Assembly: GCA_963730615.1 (NCBI GenBank)
Contig: CAVSSR010000010.1
Coordinates: 479 to 64,478, forward strand
Source: an uncultured Bacteroidales bacterium
GTDB lineage: Bacteria > Bacteroidota > Bacteroidia > Bacteroidales > VadinHA17
Length of the DNA stretch: 64,000 nucleotides
Direction: 5' to 3'
Shown: positions 1 through 9,173 of the stretch, one piece after another
How positions within the stretch are numbered: the first letter of the stretch is position 1
Layout: every line of letters begins with the position of its first letter
Position numbers and translations under genes: made by a program
The notes under the pieces: model-generated
Told to the model about the DNA's origin: nothing
The model's input: only the letters and a program-made list of their open reading frames with translations
The model's database searches: none

Positions 1-918
1 TAAACTATATGGGACAAAGGCCGGATTTATTGCATCCAGTGTATCTTTCTTAAACTGAGACAGAACGATCACGCCTGCTGCCCACTTTGCCAGCGGAGAA
101 AAAAACGGACGGTCAACGGCCAGACCCCTTGTGAAATTTCCATTCCCGTCAAAGCCATAATGAAGCTTTGCGTTTATCCAGGTGTTCCGGATATTCGGGA
201 TGAAATAATCAGTATTAAATGAATTAACACCGGTGATGAAATTCCTTGAAAAGGTATTTTGAAACTCATGACCTGATCCCAAAAAGTTAATGTCGGTTAT
301 GCTGGCGGTCATTCTTCTGTTTGAAGCAGTACCTGCCGGGGTTATGCTCCATCTGTCCAGTTCACGGATAAAGACATCTACTGAATCAGAATCTTCCCCG
401 GTTGCTATAATTGAAAAAGCGACGTCATGAACATATTTTTGTGCCCTGATCAGGCGCTCAGATTCCTTCACCAGCAGCGAATTGAAAGGTTGATTCTTAT
501 GGAAAAGCAGCAGGTTCCGGATGGCTAAACCACGTGTTTTTATATGCACTCCGTTTCCCGCCTTAAGCACAAAATTTTGGTTTGCAACAATCGTGTCAGT
601 TACCGAGTAACCAAAAGGATCGAAAGTCACAACGTTAATATTCCTGATGATTTTCCCTTCAAAGGTACCGTATGGCTTTTGTATCAGGTTTTTATATGTT
701 TTCTTCCTGACTGCTTTGTTCTTTGTTTCCGGGGTAACCGGTTTGAAGATCAGCCTGTAGACAAATGTTTTAAATTTGCTTTGTCTGGAATAGGTTTCAA
801 TATTTTTATAAAGGCTGGTGGAATCTGTTCTGACAGGTGTTTCCTGAGCACTTGCAGGATCACTTATTAAGAATGACAAAACAAAAAGCAAGAAAATATT
901 TTTGAGAGATACCTGCAT
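1..918 (-). CDS. Omp85 (BamA/TamA)-like outer-membrane protein, N-terminal part; gene continues past the left edge
   Basis: The minus-strand frame is open from ATG at 918-916 to position 1 (checked triplet by triplet). It is missing from the ORF track because it is truncated. N-terminus MQVSLKNIFLLFVLSFLISDPASAQ looks like a signal peptide, followed by a POTRA-like segment. It lies directly after mlaD in the same orientation. Confidence 0.5.
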   Translation of the reverse strand, partial: MQVSLKNIFLLFVLSFLISDPASAQETPVRTDSTSLYKNIETYSRQSKFKTFVYRLIFKPVTPETKNKAVRKKTYKNLIQKPYGTFEGKIIRNINVVTFDPFGYSVTDTIVANQNFVLKAGNGVHIKTRGLAIRNLLLFHKNQPFNSLLVKESERLIRAQKYVHDVAFSIIATGEDSDSVDVFIRELDRWSITPAGTASNRRMTASITDINFLGSGHEFQNTFSRNFITGVNSFNTDYFIPNIRNTWINAKLHYGFDGNGNFTRGLAVDRPFFSPLAKWAAGVIVLSQFKKDTLDAINPAFVPYSL

Positions 919-949
919 TTACCATTATTAATGTTTTATATCCTGGAGA

Positions 950-1708
950 TCATTTTTTCTTATCCTCAATTGCTTTTTGTTCACCTTCCTTTATTGCCAA
1001 AGAATCCTGAGTTGATTTTTCAGCTGCTTTTTCAGCTGCTTTTGCTTTCCTGTTGAAGTAACCTTTCAGAAGGAAATTCTCCTTGGCCGCATTCATGTTT
1101 TCATTTAATCCTTTGCTGCTGTTCTTGAGATTTATGATTGTCTTGTCAATATTCTCTGCAATTGTTGAATCCTGGATTAATCTCCCGAGTGTTCCGTTTC
1201 CACTGTTTATATTAACCATAATGTCTGCCAGCTGATATGAAATGATTGCGGCATTATCTGCAGTTATCTGCATACTTTCCATAATAGCATCTGATTCAAC
1301 AGGTTCTTTTGACCTGATGTACGCCCCTTCTTTTACTACGGGATTACCCTCGCTTCCCTGGGTAATGATTAAAATGCGGTCACCTATTATCCCTGCAGAA
1401 CCAATGCCTGCTTCACAATCACTTTTAATGAACTGCTGAACGCTTCTTTTTATTAACATATCAACGCGCACTGTTGTATCATTTATGATCCTGATGTCAT
1501 CAACAGTACCAACATTGATGCCTGAAAAACGGATATTACTTCCAGGCTCCAGCCCGCTTACATTATTGAAAGTTGTAGTGATTTTAAATACAGGATCGAA
1601 TAAGTTCTCCTGCTTTCCGATTATAAAAATGGCTATGACGAAAATCACCAACCCTCCTATAATAAAAAGCCCCAGCCTTACTTTGAATTTTTTTGTGTGC
1701 GTTTCCAT
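950..1708 (-). CDS. mlaD: MlaD/MCE-domain protein (lipid-asymmetry ABC transporter substrate-binding component)
   Basis: 252-aa ORF with an N-terminal TM helix followed by an MCE-type segment (FNNVSGLEPGSNIRFSGINVGTVDDI). It follows the ABC ATPase and permease genes. Confidence 0.8.
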   Translation of the reverse strand: METHTKKFKVRLGLFIIGGLVIFVIAIFIIGKQENLFDPVFKITTTFNNVSGLEPGSNIRFSGINVGTVDDIRIINDTTVRVDMLIKRSVQQFIKSDCEAGIGSAGIIGDRILIITQGSEGNPVVKEGAYIRSKEPVESDAIMESMQITADNAAIISYQLADIMVNINSGNGTLGRLIQDSTIAENIDKTIINLKNSSKGLNENMNAAKENFLLKGYFNRKAKAAEKAAEKSTQDSLAIKEGEQKAIEDKKK

Positions 1709-1715
1709 ATTATTA

Positions 1716-2492
1716 TCATTTAAAGAATGATTTTATTGATGTGTCAGTTGACTTTTCAAACTCGTCCAGTCCTCCCTCCTTATATACTTCGCCGTTGAGC
1801 AACATAATAATCCGGTTTGCAGTTGTCCGGGCACATTCAATATCATGTGTGATGATGATGGAAGAAGTTTTATATTTTTTCTGAACATCATTAATAAGGG
1901 TGCTTATCTCATCTGATGTAACAGGGTCAAGTCCTGTTGTCGGTTCATCATACAGCATTATCCTTGGATCAACGACAAGGGTTCGTGCCAGGCTTATCCG
2001 CTTACGCATTCCGCCTGATAATTGTGATGGCATTTTATTCAGGGCATCAGATAAACCAACATTTTCAAGAACTTCTTCCACTTTTTCGTTTATTTCTTTT
2101 TGATTAAGATTCTTTTTTATCCTTCGCAATGGAAATTCCAAATTTTGTCTTACGGTCATGGAATCATACAATGCGCCACTCTGAAAAAGAAAACCGATTT
2201 TCTTCCGCAACTCTCCTAACTCTTTCTGGTTCAGGGTACTCAGATCCTCTCCAAGGACCTTAATTGTTCCGTCATCGGGATCCAGTAAACGAACGATACA
2301 TTTTATCAGGACTGATTTTCCTGAACCTGATTTCCCGAGCACAACAAGATTTTCACCATTAAAAAGTTTCAGGGAAACATCTACCAGTACATCCTCTGTG
2401 CCAAATCCTTTCCTGAGGTTATTGATTTCAATAACCTGTTCAGGGCTTTCTGTTCTTGCAGGAACAACAGTTGCTGTTTGTGTAGCATTCAT
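1716..2492 (-). CDS. mlaF: ABC transporter ATP-binding protein, MlaF-like
   Basis: Walker A GKSGSGKS, ABC signature LSGGMRKR, Walker B IMLYDEP. Its start overlaps the end of the permease gene by 4 nt. Confidence 0.9.
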   Translation of the reverse strand: MNATQTATVVPARTESPEQVIEINNLRKGFGTEDVLVDVSLKLFNGENLVVLGKSGSGKSVLIKCIVRLLDPDDGTIKVLGEDLSTLNQKELGELRKKIGFLFQSGALYDSMTVRQNLEFPLRRIKKNLNQKEINEKVEEVLENVGLSDALNKMPSQLSGGMRKRISLARTLVVDPRIMLYDEPTTGLDPVTSDEISTLINDVQKKYKTSSIIITHDIECARTTANRIIMLLNGEVYKEGGLDEFEKSTDTSIKSFFK

Positions 2493-3325
2493 ATCATATC
2501 GGTGATTTGCACCGCAATTAAATCAAGAATTATCACCAGCAATGAGGACAGCACCACGGCTGAGTTTGCAGCAATACCCACACTCTCAGTCCCTCGTCCT
2601 GCCGTATATCCTTTATAGCATCCGACAAAACCGATCACTGCACCAAAAAAGAAGGTTTTGACAAGTGCCGGTATAAAATCAATAAATCCGATATGGCCGA
2701 ATGCCTGTGAGAAAAACAGGACAAAAGTCACATCTCCTCTTATATTTGCTCCGGCCCAGCATCCTAATATGCCCAGCGCATCGGCATATATTACCAATAA
2801 GGGTATCATCAGCGTAGCTGCCAGTACCCTTGTCACAACTAAAAATCTTATTGGATTGGTAGATGACACTTCCATGGCATCAATCTGTTCCGATACTCTC
2901 ATTGAACCCAGCTCTGCTCCCATGCCTGAACTGATTTTCCCGGCACATATCAAGGCAGTAATAACCGGCCCCATTTCTCTGATGAGAGATATTGTTACCA
3001 TTCCGGGAAGCAGGCTGACAGCCCCGAAGCTCAAAAGAGCAGGCCTCATCTGAATAGTAAGTACAAGGCCAATAATGAGCCCCGTTACTGAAATAAGCGG
3101 CAGTGTTTTATTTCCGACCTGAAAACATTGACGCAGGAACTCCTTAAATTCAAAGTTGCGCGAAAATGTTTCTTTTGTTACTCTTGTTATGAACAAGAAG
3201 GCATTGGCAATATTTGTCAGAAAGTTGCCTGCTTCAACGGTCTTTGCAATAGTTTTTTCGACGAGCCTTACAGATTGATCCGTTGCAATTTTTTTGACTT
3301 TAATAACAGGGCTTAGTATTTTCAT
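2489..3325 (-). CDS. mlaE: MlaE-family ABC transporter permease
   Basis: Multi-TM ORF of the MlaE/YrbE type. The ORF-track start at 3445 lies inside the promoter module P1, so I use the ATG at 3325 (MKILSPVIKV...). Confidence 0.8.
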   Translation of the reverse strand: MKILSPVIKVKKIATDQSVRLVEKTIAKTVEAGNFLTNIANAFLFITRVTKETFSRNFEFKEFLRQCFQVGNKTLPLISVTGLIIGLVLTIQMRPALLSFGAVSLLPGMVTISLIREMGPVITALICAGKISSGMGAELGSMRVSEQIDAMEVSSTNPIRFLVVTRVLAATLMIPLLVIYADALGILGCWAGANIRGDVTFVLFFSQAFGHIGFIDFIPALVKTFFFGAVIGFVGCYKGYTAGRGTESVGIAANSAVVLSSLLVIILDLIAVQITDMI

Positions 3326-3381
3326 GGTAAAACGCCGGATTTTATCTACCTCTTTTTTAAAAGGTGTATATTCCCACCTGA

Positions 3382-3450
3382 CAAAGGTTGATCCAGTGGT
3401 ACCAAAAAGTGTTACATAACACTGGAAATAAATTACATGATTCACACATT
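3382..3450 (-). promoter_or_regulatory. Composite promoter module P1 (drives mlaE-mlaF-mlaD-omp85-like)
   Basis: Transcribed-strand reading: AATGTGTGAATCATGTAAT-N15-TGTAAC-N21-AACCTTTG. The -7-like box lies 57 nt before the mlaE ATG. One of nine copies with the same architecture. Confidence 0.65.
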
Positions 3451-3504
3451 ACCCAGTGGCATTCCAAGGCTGCAGTATGTGACAGACTGGGTTGGCATCT
3501 TCCA

Positions 3505-3573
3505 AATGTGTGAATCATGTAACTCATTCCGGAAGTTGTGTAACACTTATCATCTGTCGGAACCCTACCTTTC
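3505..3573 (+). promoter_or_regulatory. Composite promoter module P2 (drives OmpA-like lipoprotein and porin-family gene)
   Basis: AATGTGTGAATCATGTAAC-N15-TGTAAC-N21-TACCTTTC. The box ends 54 nt before the ATG at 3627. It is back-to-back with P1. Confidence 0.65.
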
Positions 3574-3626
3574 GGAAAATATTAATAACTGAAAAACAGA
3601 TCATTAAACAATTAAATACATAAATT

Positions 3627-4299
3627 ATGAAACAGTTAAGAATTGGTTTGATCATGATCGTAAGTACGGTTCTGATTTTATCCGGCTGCGCATCGTGGAA
3701 TAAAACCCAGAAAGGGGCTGTTGTCGGAACTGCCGCAGGCGGTGCAATGGGCGCCGTAATTGGCAGAGCCTCAGGCAACACTGCCCTGGGTGCAATAATC
3801 GGAGCTACAGTCGGTGGTGCCACGGGTGCGGTTATTGGCCATCAGATGGACAAACAGGCTGAGGAAATAAAGAATACCGTTCCTGATGCAACGGTTGAAC
3901 GCGTGGGTGAAGGAATAATTGTGGAATTCAACAGCAACGTTCTGTTTGGATTTGATCGAGTCGAATCTTTCGGATGATGCTAAGATCAGCCTTGACAAAC
4001 TGGTGAAAGTCCTTAATTCTTATGCCGATACGGATATTGAAGTGCAGGGTCATACCGACAGTAAAGGCAGTGTATCGTATAACCAGGCCCTGTCTGAAAG
4101 ACGGGCTAATGCAGTAACGGCTTATCTGGATGGAAAAGGTATATCGGCCGGTCGTTTAACAATTAAGGGATTTGGCGAAACTGCCCCAAAATATGAAAAT
4201 AAAACAGCAGAAGGCCGTACCGGAAACCGCAGGGTTGAGTTTTTGATCACTGCAAATGAGAAGATGAAAGCTGAAGCTGCAAAAGAAGCAGGCAAATAA
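3627..4299 (+). CDS. OmpA-family lipoprotein with Gly-rich N-terminal region; reading frame broken once near 3954-3962
   Basis: ORFs 3627..3977 and 3919..4299 join as ...NSNVLFGFD|ESNLSDDAKISLDKL... The first has a lipobox LILSGC and a glycine zipper. The second has the OmpA C-terminal motifs GHTDSKGS..YNQALSERRA..V and NRRVEF. The span of 673 nt is 3n+1, so one extra base. Confidence 0.8.
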
Positions 4300-4348
4300 T
4301 AATAACTAAGGTGAAACAATAAACTGACAATATAAATACTACAAGAAA

Positions 4349-5042
4349 ATGAAAACGAAATTATTAACTATATCTGCAATCCTTCTTTTTTCAACACTGG
4401 CTCTGCAGGCCCAGATTGGCTTCGGTCTTCTGGGGGGTGTGAATTTCCAGAATATAAACGGAAAAGAAAGTAATGGCGATAAACTCGAAAATGGTCTTTT
4501 GGTAGGGTTTCACGCCGGAGTAAATGCTAATATCCCGGTGGCACCTGACTTCTATTTTCAGCCCGGGCTTCTGTTCTCTGTAAAAGGCGCCAGGAATAAC
4601 TTCTTTAACATGCCTGTCAAAGCATCAGGATGACAATTATAATACAACCACAAAGATTTCCTATATCGAAATTCCCCTGAGCTTTCTGTACAGGCCACAG
4701 GTTGGAAACGGACATGTACTCCTCGGGTTTGGTCCTTATATTGCCTTTGGCATTGGCGGCAACCAGAAGTTTGAAAGCGGAACTCTGGCTTATGAACAAA
4801 AAATTGCCTTCAAAAACGAGATTACAGAGAGCGATTTTTTTGACCTGGATAATGCATATTTCAGGCGGTTTGATGCAGGGGCAAATATTTTCTTCGGCTA
4901 TGAAATACCGATGGGGGTATTCCTGCAGCTGAATGCGCAGCTGGGCATGCTTAAGATAAACCCTGTACATTCATGGGATAGCGGGGATGAGACCTCGTAC
5001 AAGAATACAGGTTACGGCCTTTCAATAGGATACCGTTTTTAG
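4349..5042 (+). CDS. Porin-family outer-membrane beta-barrel protein; frame broken once near 4626-4630
   Basis: ORF 4349..4633 has a signal peptide ending ALQAQ. It continues in another frame from 4629 as DDNYNTTTKISYIEIPLSFLYRP...GYGLSIGYRF*, with the stop at 5040-5042 and a typical terminal aromatic residue. The span of 694 nt is 3n+1; deleting one g of the gg at 4628-4629 restores the frame. Confidence 0.75.
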
Positions 5043-5065
5043 CAAGGACTTTATATATCAAAAGG

Positions 5066-5095
5066 GGCCGTCACTGCAAAGTGACGGCCTTTTTT
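5066..5095 (+). terminator. Rho-independent terminator after the porin-family gene
   Basis: Stem GGCCGTCAC / GTGACGGCC with loop TGCAAA, followed by a T6 run. Confidence 0.8.
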
Positions 5096-5133
5096 ATATA
5101 TGGTGAAACCTGATCCGTAGCAATCATTTTTCC

Positions 5134-5201
5134 ATATGTGAATTATGTAATTCTTTCGTTGAAAGATGTAACTCTTTTTTTGGGAACAGGGCTCATCTTT
5201 G
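5134..5201 (+). promoter_or_regulatory. Composite promoter module P3 (drives ORF 5248)
   Basis: ATATGTGAATTATGTAAT-N15-TGTAAC-N21-CATCTTTG. The box ends 46 nt before the start at 5248. Confidence 0.6.
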
Positions 5202-5247
5202 TTAAGGGAATTAGAGCAGAAGTCTACTTAAATAAAATACCTAACCA

Positions 5248-5667
5248 GTGGATGAAAAAAACGTTATAATAACGAATCAAAGTATTAGTACAAACCTGAA
5301 CATCACAATCCGGTCAAGAGATGGTTCATCAGAGACCGGCAAGGCTAATGATGCTTTGTTTGCCGAAGGGGGACTGAACTTTTATAATTATATCAGACGG
5401 CTTGGCCTTGAAAGCGATCCTGATATAGTTGTTATTTCTTCCCTGCGCCATTTTTATTATGACGCTGAAGAAATGATTAAAGTTAAAGCCCTTGTGAACC
5501 TGACGGAACTCAACCAGGTTAAGCGGATTGTGGATTTTCTGCATACATGCTATCAGATTATGCCACAGAAGAGTTATTTAATCGGGTGTTTCGTTGATAA
5601 TAAGAAGATCCCCAGATACAGATTAAGAAACAACTCCGCCTCAACATATGTTCAAGAAAGATTTTGA
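5248..5667 (+). CDS. Hypothetical protein (GTG start), possibly truncated by frame errors
   Basis: 139-aa ORF directly downstream of module P3. I recognise no family with confidence. Confidence 0.5.
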   Translation: MDEKNVIITNQSISTNLNITIRSRDGSSETGKANDALFAEGGLNFYNYIRRLGLESDPDIVVISSLRHFYYDAEEMIKVKALVNLTELNQVKRIVDFLHTCYQIMPQKSYLIGCFVDNKKIPRYRLRNNSASTYVQERF

Positions 5668-5726
5668 CCCTATAGAATAGTGGTATTGTTTCAGCTGTTC
5701 CGTTTATCAACAGGTTATACAGCATA

Positions 5727-5864
5727 ATGGATTCAAGGACCAATACCTTCATGTCAAAGAGCAGTATTTCTTTTCTGCTTGAAGATTACGGATTTAAGGT
5801 ACTGGACATGACCGAACAGGACGAACTGACTTATTTCCAGGCACAAAAAGCCCGGGCCGCTTAG
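5727..5864 (+). CDS. Short ORF, probably the displaced C-terminal part of the 5248 gene
   Basis: 45-aa ORF MDSRTNTFMSKSSISFLLEDYGFKVLDMTEQDELTYFQAQKARAA. The same frame is open from 5684. Two single-base corrections between about 5660 and 5685 would fuse it to ORF 5248. Confidence 0.3.
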   Translation: MDSRTNTFMSKSSISFLLEDYGFKVLDMTEQDELTYFQAQKARAA

Positions 5865-5904
5865 AATTCTGCAGCCCAGGCTAAAATCAACTGAATACTA
5901 TTAA

Positions 5905-6114
5905 TTACTTTTTAAAAGGAACCAATAACATGACTCCCCCAACCGCCATTACGGCAACGCCGATAAGTGGCGACCAGCTAACGTGGTGACGCTTGTTTGC
6001 GTTGATCTCTATGTTCCCTAAGTCAACCACTTTCTCTCTTGTAAAGTAAGTAACGGTCGTAAAAATGGTCAAAATCAGACCAAGGATTAAAATGATGATA
6101 CCAGGTTTTTTCAT
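5905..6114 (-). CDS. Small two-TM membrane protein (69 aa), hypothetical
   Basis: Two hydrophobic helices (GIIILILGLILTIFTTV and LIGVAVMAVGGVMLLV). It has its own module, P4, 50 nt upstream. Confidence 0.6.
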   Translation of the reverse strand: MKKPGIIILILGLILTIFTTVTYFTREKVVDLGNIEINANKRHHVSWSPLIGVAVMAVGGVMLLVPFKK

Positions 6115-6163
6115 TTGATTCGTTTTTATGGTTTATTTTGTAAAATCACACCAAATTATTTGA

Positions 6164-6232
6164 TAAAGGTAGGTGGAACAGATGCTGTCAGTGTTACACA
6201 ACTACTACAGATAATTACATAATTCACACATT
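6164..6232 (-). promoter_or_regulatory. Composite promoter module P4 (drives small membrane protein 5905..6114)
   Basis: AAATGTGTGAATTATGTAAT-N15-TGTAAC-N21-TACCTTTA. Its distal end abuts the stop codon (6233-6235) of the upstream transporter gene. Confidence 0.65.
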
Positions 6233-7354
6233 TCAGGTTTTGGTTTTACCGCCCCCGGGAGTGTGTTTTTTAAAAGGTAATTTGATCTTAAGAGGAGATG
6301 GCATGGTATCTCCTAACAGGAAGCCCCAGGGCTTCAGAGGTTCGACGTGGTCACAGACAAGTTTTACAATGGCCAGCAGCGGTATGGAGATAAACATTCC
6401 GGGAATACCCCATATGGCATTGCCAACAAAAACTACCAGGAGTGAGAACAGTGCATTGAGTTTTACTTTTGAAGCAACTATTTTGGGAACGATGAAATTG
6501 TTGTCAATAAGCTGGATGATATAGTAGATCACCATAACATAAACGGGGTACCATGCAGATTCTTTTGTGATCAGGGCGACGATCATCGGCAATGCTACCG
6601 CAACTAATCCTCCTATGTAAGGAATGATATTCAGCAATGCGCCGATAATACCGAGCAGCAGAGCATATTCAATCCCGAGAGCCAGAAGAGCAACGGTGTT
6701 CAATGCAGCTATTATGCCAGCCTCAATAATCAGCCCGATAAGATATCGCTGAATAACTGTCTTTGTCTGAGTAACTATCTCGCTCACTTTGCTCTGGTTT
6801 CCTGAACTAAATATTCTATGAATAAACTCGATCAGGATCGGATTGTAAAACAAGAGCATAAAGACGTAAACCGGGATTAAAAAAATCACCACTAACAGGT
6901 TGCCGAGGGAGACAAGGGTGTTTCCGATCACAGCGCTGCTGGAATTAATAAGTTCACCCCGGACTTTTATAATCCAGTCATTTAACTTGTGAGAGTTTAT
7001 ATCGAAGTGGCCGGAAACCCAGGCGATGGCCTGGTTGAGCATCTCGCTGAATTTGTCTGCCAGCATGGGCAATGAATCACTTAAACGGCTTGCCTGCGAA
7101 ATGATAAGCGCACCAAATGCTGCTATGACCAGAAAGGTCAGGAACAGTGTTATGATGATTGCTAAAACTCTGTTGACTTTTTTCTCTACAAAGAAGTTTA
7201 CAACCGGATGAAGTACTATGGCTAAAATGGTTGCAAAAACCACAGGTACAAGGATGCTCCTCGCAATGTACAGCATTGTCAACAGAACAGCTATCCCGAT
7301 TAATAAAATGCTTGCCTTTACATACGCCGGAAGTTTCAGCCCTTCATTTGTCAT
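6233..7354 (-). CDS. AI-2E family transporter (PerM-like permease)
   Basis: 373-aa polytopic membrane protein with the typical AI-2E/UPF0118 layout. Confidence 0.75.
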   Translation of the reverse strand: MTNEGLKLPAYVKASILLIGIAVLLTMLYIARSILVPVVFATILAIVLHPVVNFFVEKKVNRVLAIIITLFLTFLVIAAFGALIISQASRLSDSLPMLADKFSEMLNQAIAWVSGHFDINSHKLNDWIIKVRGELINSSSAVIGNTLVSLGNLLVVIFLIPVYVFMLLFYNPILIEFIHRIFSSGNQSKVSEIVTQTKTVIQRYLIGLIIEAGIIAALNTVALLALGIEYALLLGIIGALLNIIPYIGGLVAVALPMIVALITKESAWYPVYVMVIYYIIQLIDNNFIVPKIVASKVKLNALFSLLVVFVGNAIWGIPGMFISIPLLAIVKLVCDHVEPLKPWGFLLGDTMPSPLKIKLPFKKHTPGGGKTKT

Positions 7355-7400
7355 GGCACCTGGATTGAAGTGTCACGGCTTCCGGATTTCAACTCTTTTC

Positions 7401-7772
7401 TTACGGAAAATACGGAGAAGCATAACTTCTCCCAGTGACCTGAGATTGCCGGATTGCTTTAGAGACAAAGTTAGTAACGCCGAGCTGTAAAACAGGACTG
7501 AGAAGTTTTCCAAACCTCATTGCGGTCACTCCTGGCAGTATACTCCTTGAAAGATACCCGGCACCTAAACCAAGGGCCGTTCCAAGGATGTTTTCAATCA
7601 GATTTGGCGATGAAGAAATATCATGTAATGTACTGCGGAGCAGACTGGCTGGTTTGAAACTTTCATAGGTGTTAACGAATTGCTCTTTCAACAGCTTTCT
7701 GTTGGCAGCCTTCTCTGCTTCCAGTAATTGAATTGCTTCTTTAAGGCCGGCTGTTGAAGTTATGTTTTGCAT
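7401..7772 (-). CDS. Hypothetical protein, third gene of the YtxH/holin-like cluster
   Basis: I use the ATG at 7772 (MQNITSTAGLKEAIQLLEAEK...). The longer ORF-track start overlaps the upstream gene. Confidence 0.55.
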   Translation of the reverse strand: MQNITSTAGLKEAIQLLEAEKAANRKLLKEQFVNTYESFKPASLLRSTLHDISSSPNLIENILGTALGLGAGYLSRSILPGVTAMRFGKLLSPVLQLGVTNFVSKAIRQSQVTGRSYASPYFP

Positions 7773-7779
7773 ACTGATT

Positions 7780-8133
7780 TTATTTAAGCACATGCCTGAT
7801 AATGTAATTGCCGACCTGTCTTTTGAGCCATTTATGCATAAAGAGACGTAAAACAAGAGTTGTGATCCCATAAAAAGCAGCTACCGCAAAAAAACCATAA
7901 TAGATATTACCAAGGATACCTCCCAGCCAGAAGGCAATGCCCAGGTTGACAAAAAGCATAAAAATCAAGGCCAGGACAATCACGATAAGATGAGGCACGA
8001 CTGTAGAAACAGCGTCCGATGTTTTATCAAGGACTTTAAGTTTAGCCAACTGAAGTTCCGTCTTGCCGTATTCAGTAACTTTCTCCAGCAGCTCCTCTAT
8101 GACTTTTACATTGTCTTCCATGCCCCTGGTCAT
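7780..8133 (-). CDS. Holin-X / phage-holin-family-like membrane protein
   Basis: 117 aa with an N-terminal amphipathic segment and two TM helices. It sits in the usual position after a YtxH gene. Confidence 0.6.
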   Translation of the reverse strand: MTRGMEDNVKVIEELLEKVTEYGKTELQLAKLKVLDKTSDAVSTVVPHLIVIVLALIFMLFVNLGIAFWLGGILGNIYYGFFAVAAFYGITTLVLRLFMHKWLKRQVGNYIIRHVLK

Positions 8134-8170
8134 AATATCATTAGTGATGATCTTATCCCCCTGACGGTTA

Positions 8171-8449
8171 TCAACCCGGAGCAGTCTTTGCTTTTTTGTC
8201 AGCCTCGTCTTTTGTCGTCTTGCCCTTATCAGTAAGATCAGTAACCTCTTCCTTTACATTTTCATATTTTTCAGATATGTCATCAAGAAACTGGTTGAAT
8301 TTTTCTTTCATTGATTCCTTCAGGTCATTTCCTTCTCCGGATAGCTTTTTTCGTGTTTCCGAGCCCTTTTCCGGGGCAAACAGAATCCCTAACACTGCAC
8401 CGGCAGCGACTCCGGCCAATAATGCCAATACTACTTTTCCTGAGCTCAT
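8171..8449 (-). CDS. YtxH domain-containing protein
   Basis: N-terminus VVLALLAGVAAGAVLGILFAPEKGSETRKKL is the YtxH signature. The C-terminal part is charged and helical. Confidence 0.85.
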   Translation of the reverse strand: MSSGKVVLALLAGVAAGAVLGILFAPEKGSETRKKLSGEGNDLKESMKEKFNQFLDDISEKYENVKEEVTDLTDKGKTTKDEADKKAKTAPG

Positions 8450-8470
8450 GATTTCTTTAATTTAATAAGC

Positions 8471-8560
8471 CCGCCCCGGATTATCCTGTTTTAAACCCCT
8501 TATATACTGATCAGTTTGTATTTCAGGTAGATGAAATGACACAGGAATTTTCCGGGGCGG
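8471..8560 (-). other. About 90-nt extended hairpin between the lmo0937-like gene and the YtxH gene
   Basis: A 10-bp GC stem (CCGCCCCGGA at 8471-8480 pairs with TCCGGGGCGG at 8551-8560) extends through CCTGT(8485-8489)/ACAGG(8541-8545). An inner TTTCA/TGAAA helix is also possible. Confidence 0.5.
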
Positions 8561-8589
8561 ACTTAATGATTACTAATAAAATGCTGGAT

Positions 8590-8745
8590 CTAGAGGATTC
8601 TTCTCCCCTGGATAACTCTCACTAAAACTGCAATGACTGCAATGACAAGCAGGATGTGTATCAGACCTCCGACATGGAACCCGATAAAGCCTACTGCCCA
8701 TGCAATGATCAGTATTACCGCAACTACATAAAGTAAATCTCTCAT
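8590..8745 (-). CDS. lmo0937-family small membrane protein (51 aa)
   Basis: Below the ORF-track size cut-off. Hand translation gives MRDLLYVVAVILIIAWAVGFIGFHVGGLIHILLVIAVIAVLVRVIQGRRIL, which matches the typical lmo0937/DUF5670 pattern. Confidence 0.8.
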   Translation of the reverse strand: MRDLLYVVAVILIIAWAVGFIGFHVGGLIHILLVIAVIAVLVRVIQGRRIL

Positions 8746-8763
8746 GATTTTGTTTTTTAATTT

Positions 8764-9093
8764 TTACAACAGAACGATTAACAGAATAAGAATAATAAGC
8801 AGTACGGCTGCTGAAATGTAAATGCCGCCACTTACTGCCTTAAGTTCACTGCTTATTGAACGAACTTCTTTTCGCAGCTCTTTCTTTTCTGACGCGGTCA
8901 GATCAGACTTGTCCGACGTCTTAATTTCGTTCAGCCTGAGCAGTAATTCGTTAGCTTTAGCAGCATCTGCAGGGCTTACGGGATTGGTGTTAGCCAATGA
9001 GGAAGGCTCGGTTTTGGGTGCAGCGCTTAATGAAAGTGGGATAAATGTCAATGACAACAATGTCGCCATTAAACAAAGAGCAAACTTTTTCAT
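8764..9093 (-). CDS. Hypothetical secreted, C-terminally anchored protein
   Basis: Signal peptide ending SLSAAP, a charged helical middle region and a C-terminal TM helix (IYISAAVLLIILILLIVLL). It is the first gene after module P5. Confidence 0.6.
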   Translation of the reverse strand: MKKFALCLMATLLSLTFIPLSLSAAPKTEPSSLANTNPVSPADAAKANELLLRLNEIKTSDKSDLTASEKKELRKEVRSISSELKAVSGGIYISAAVLLIILILLIVLL

Positions 9094-9173
9094 GATACCT
9101 GATTTTTTTTAGTATGACTTAATAGTTATTAATAATATCAATCTTGCTTTTAGTAATTAAAAGATTACAATGG

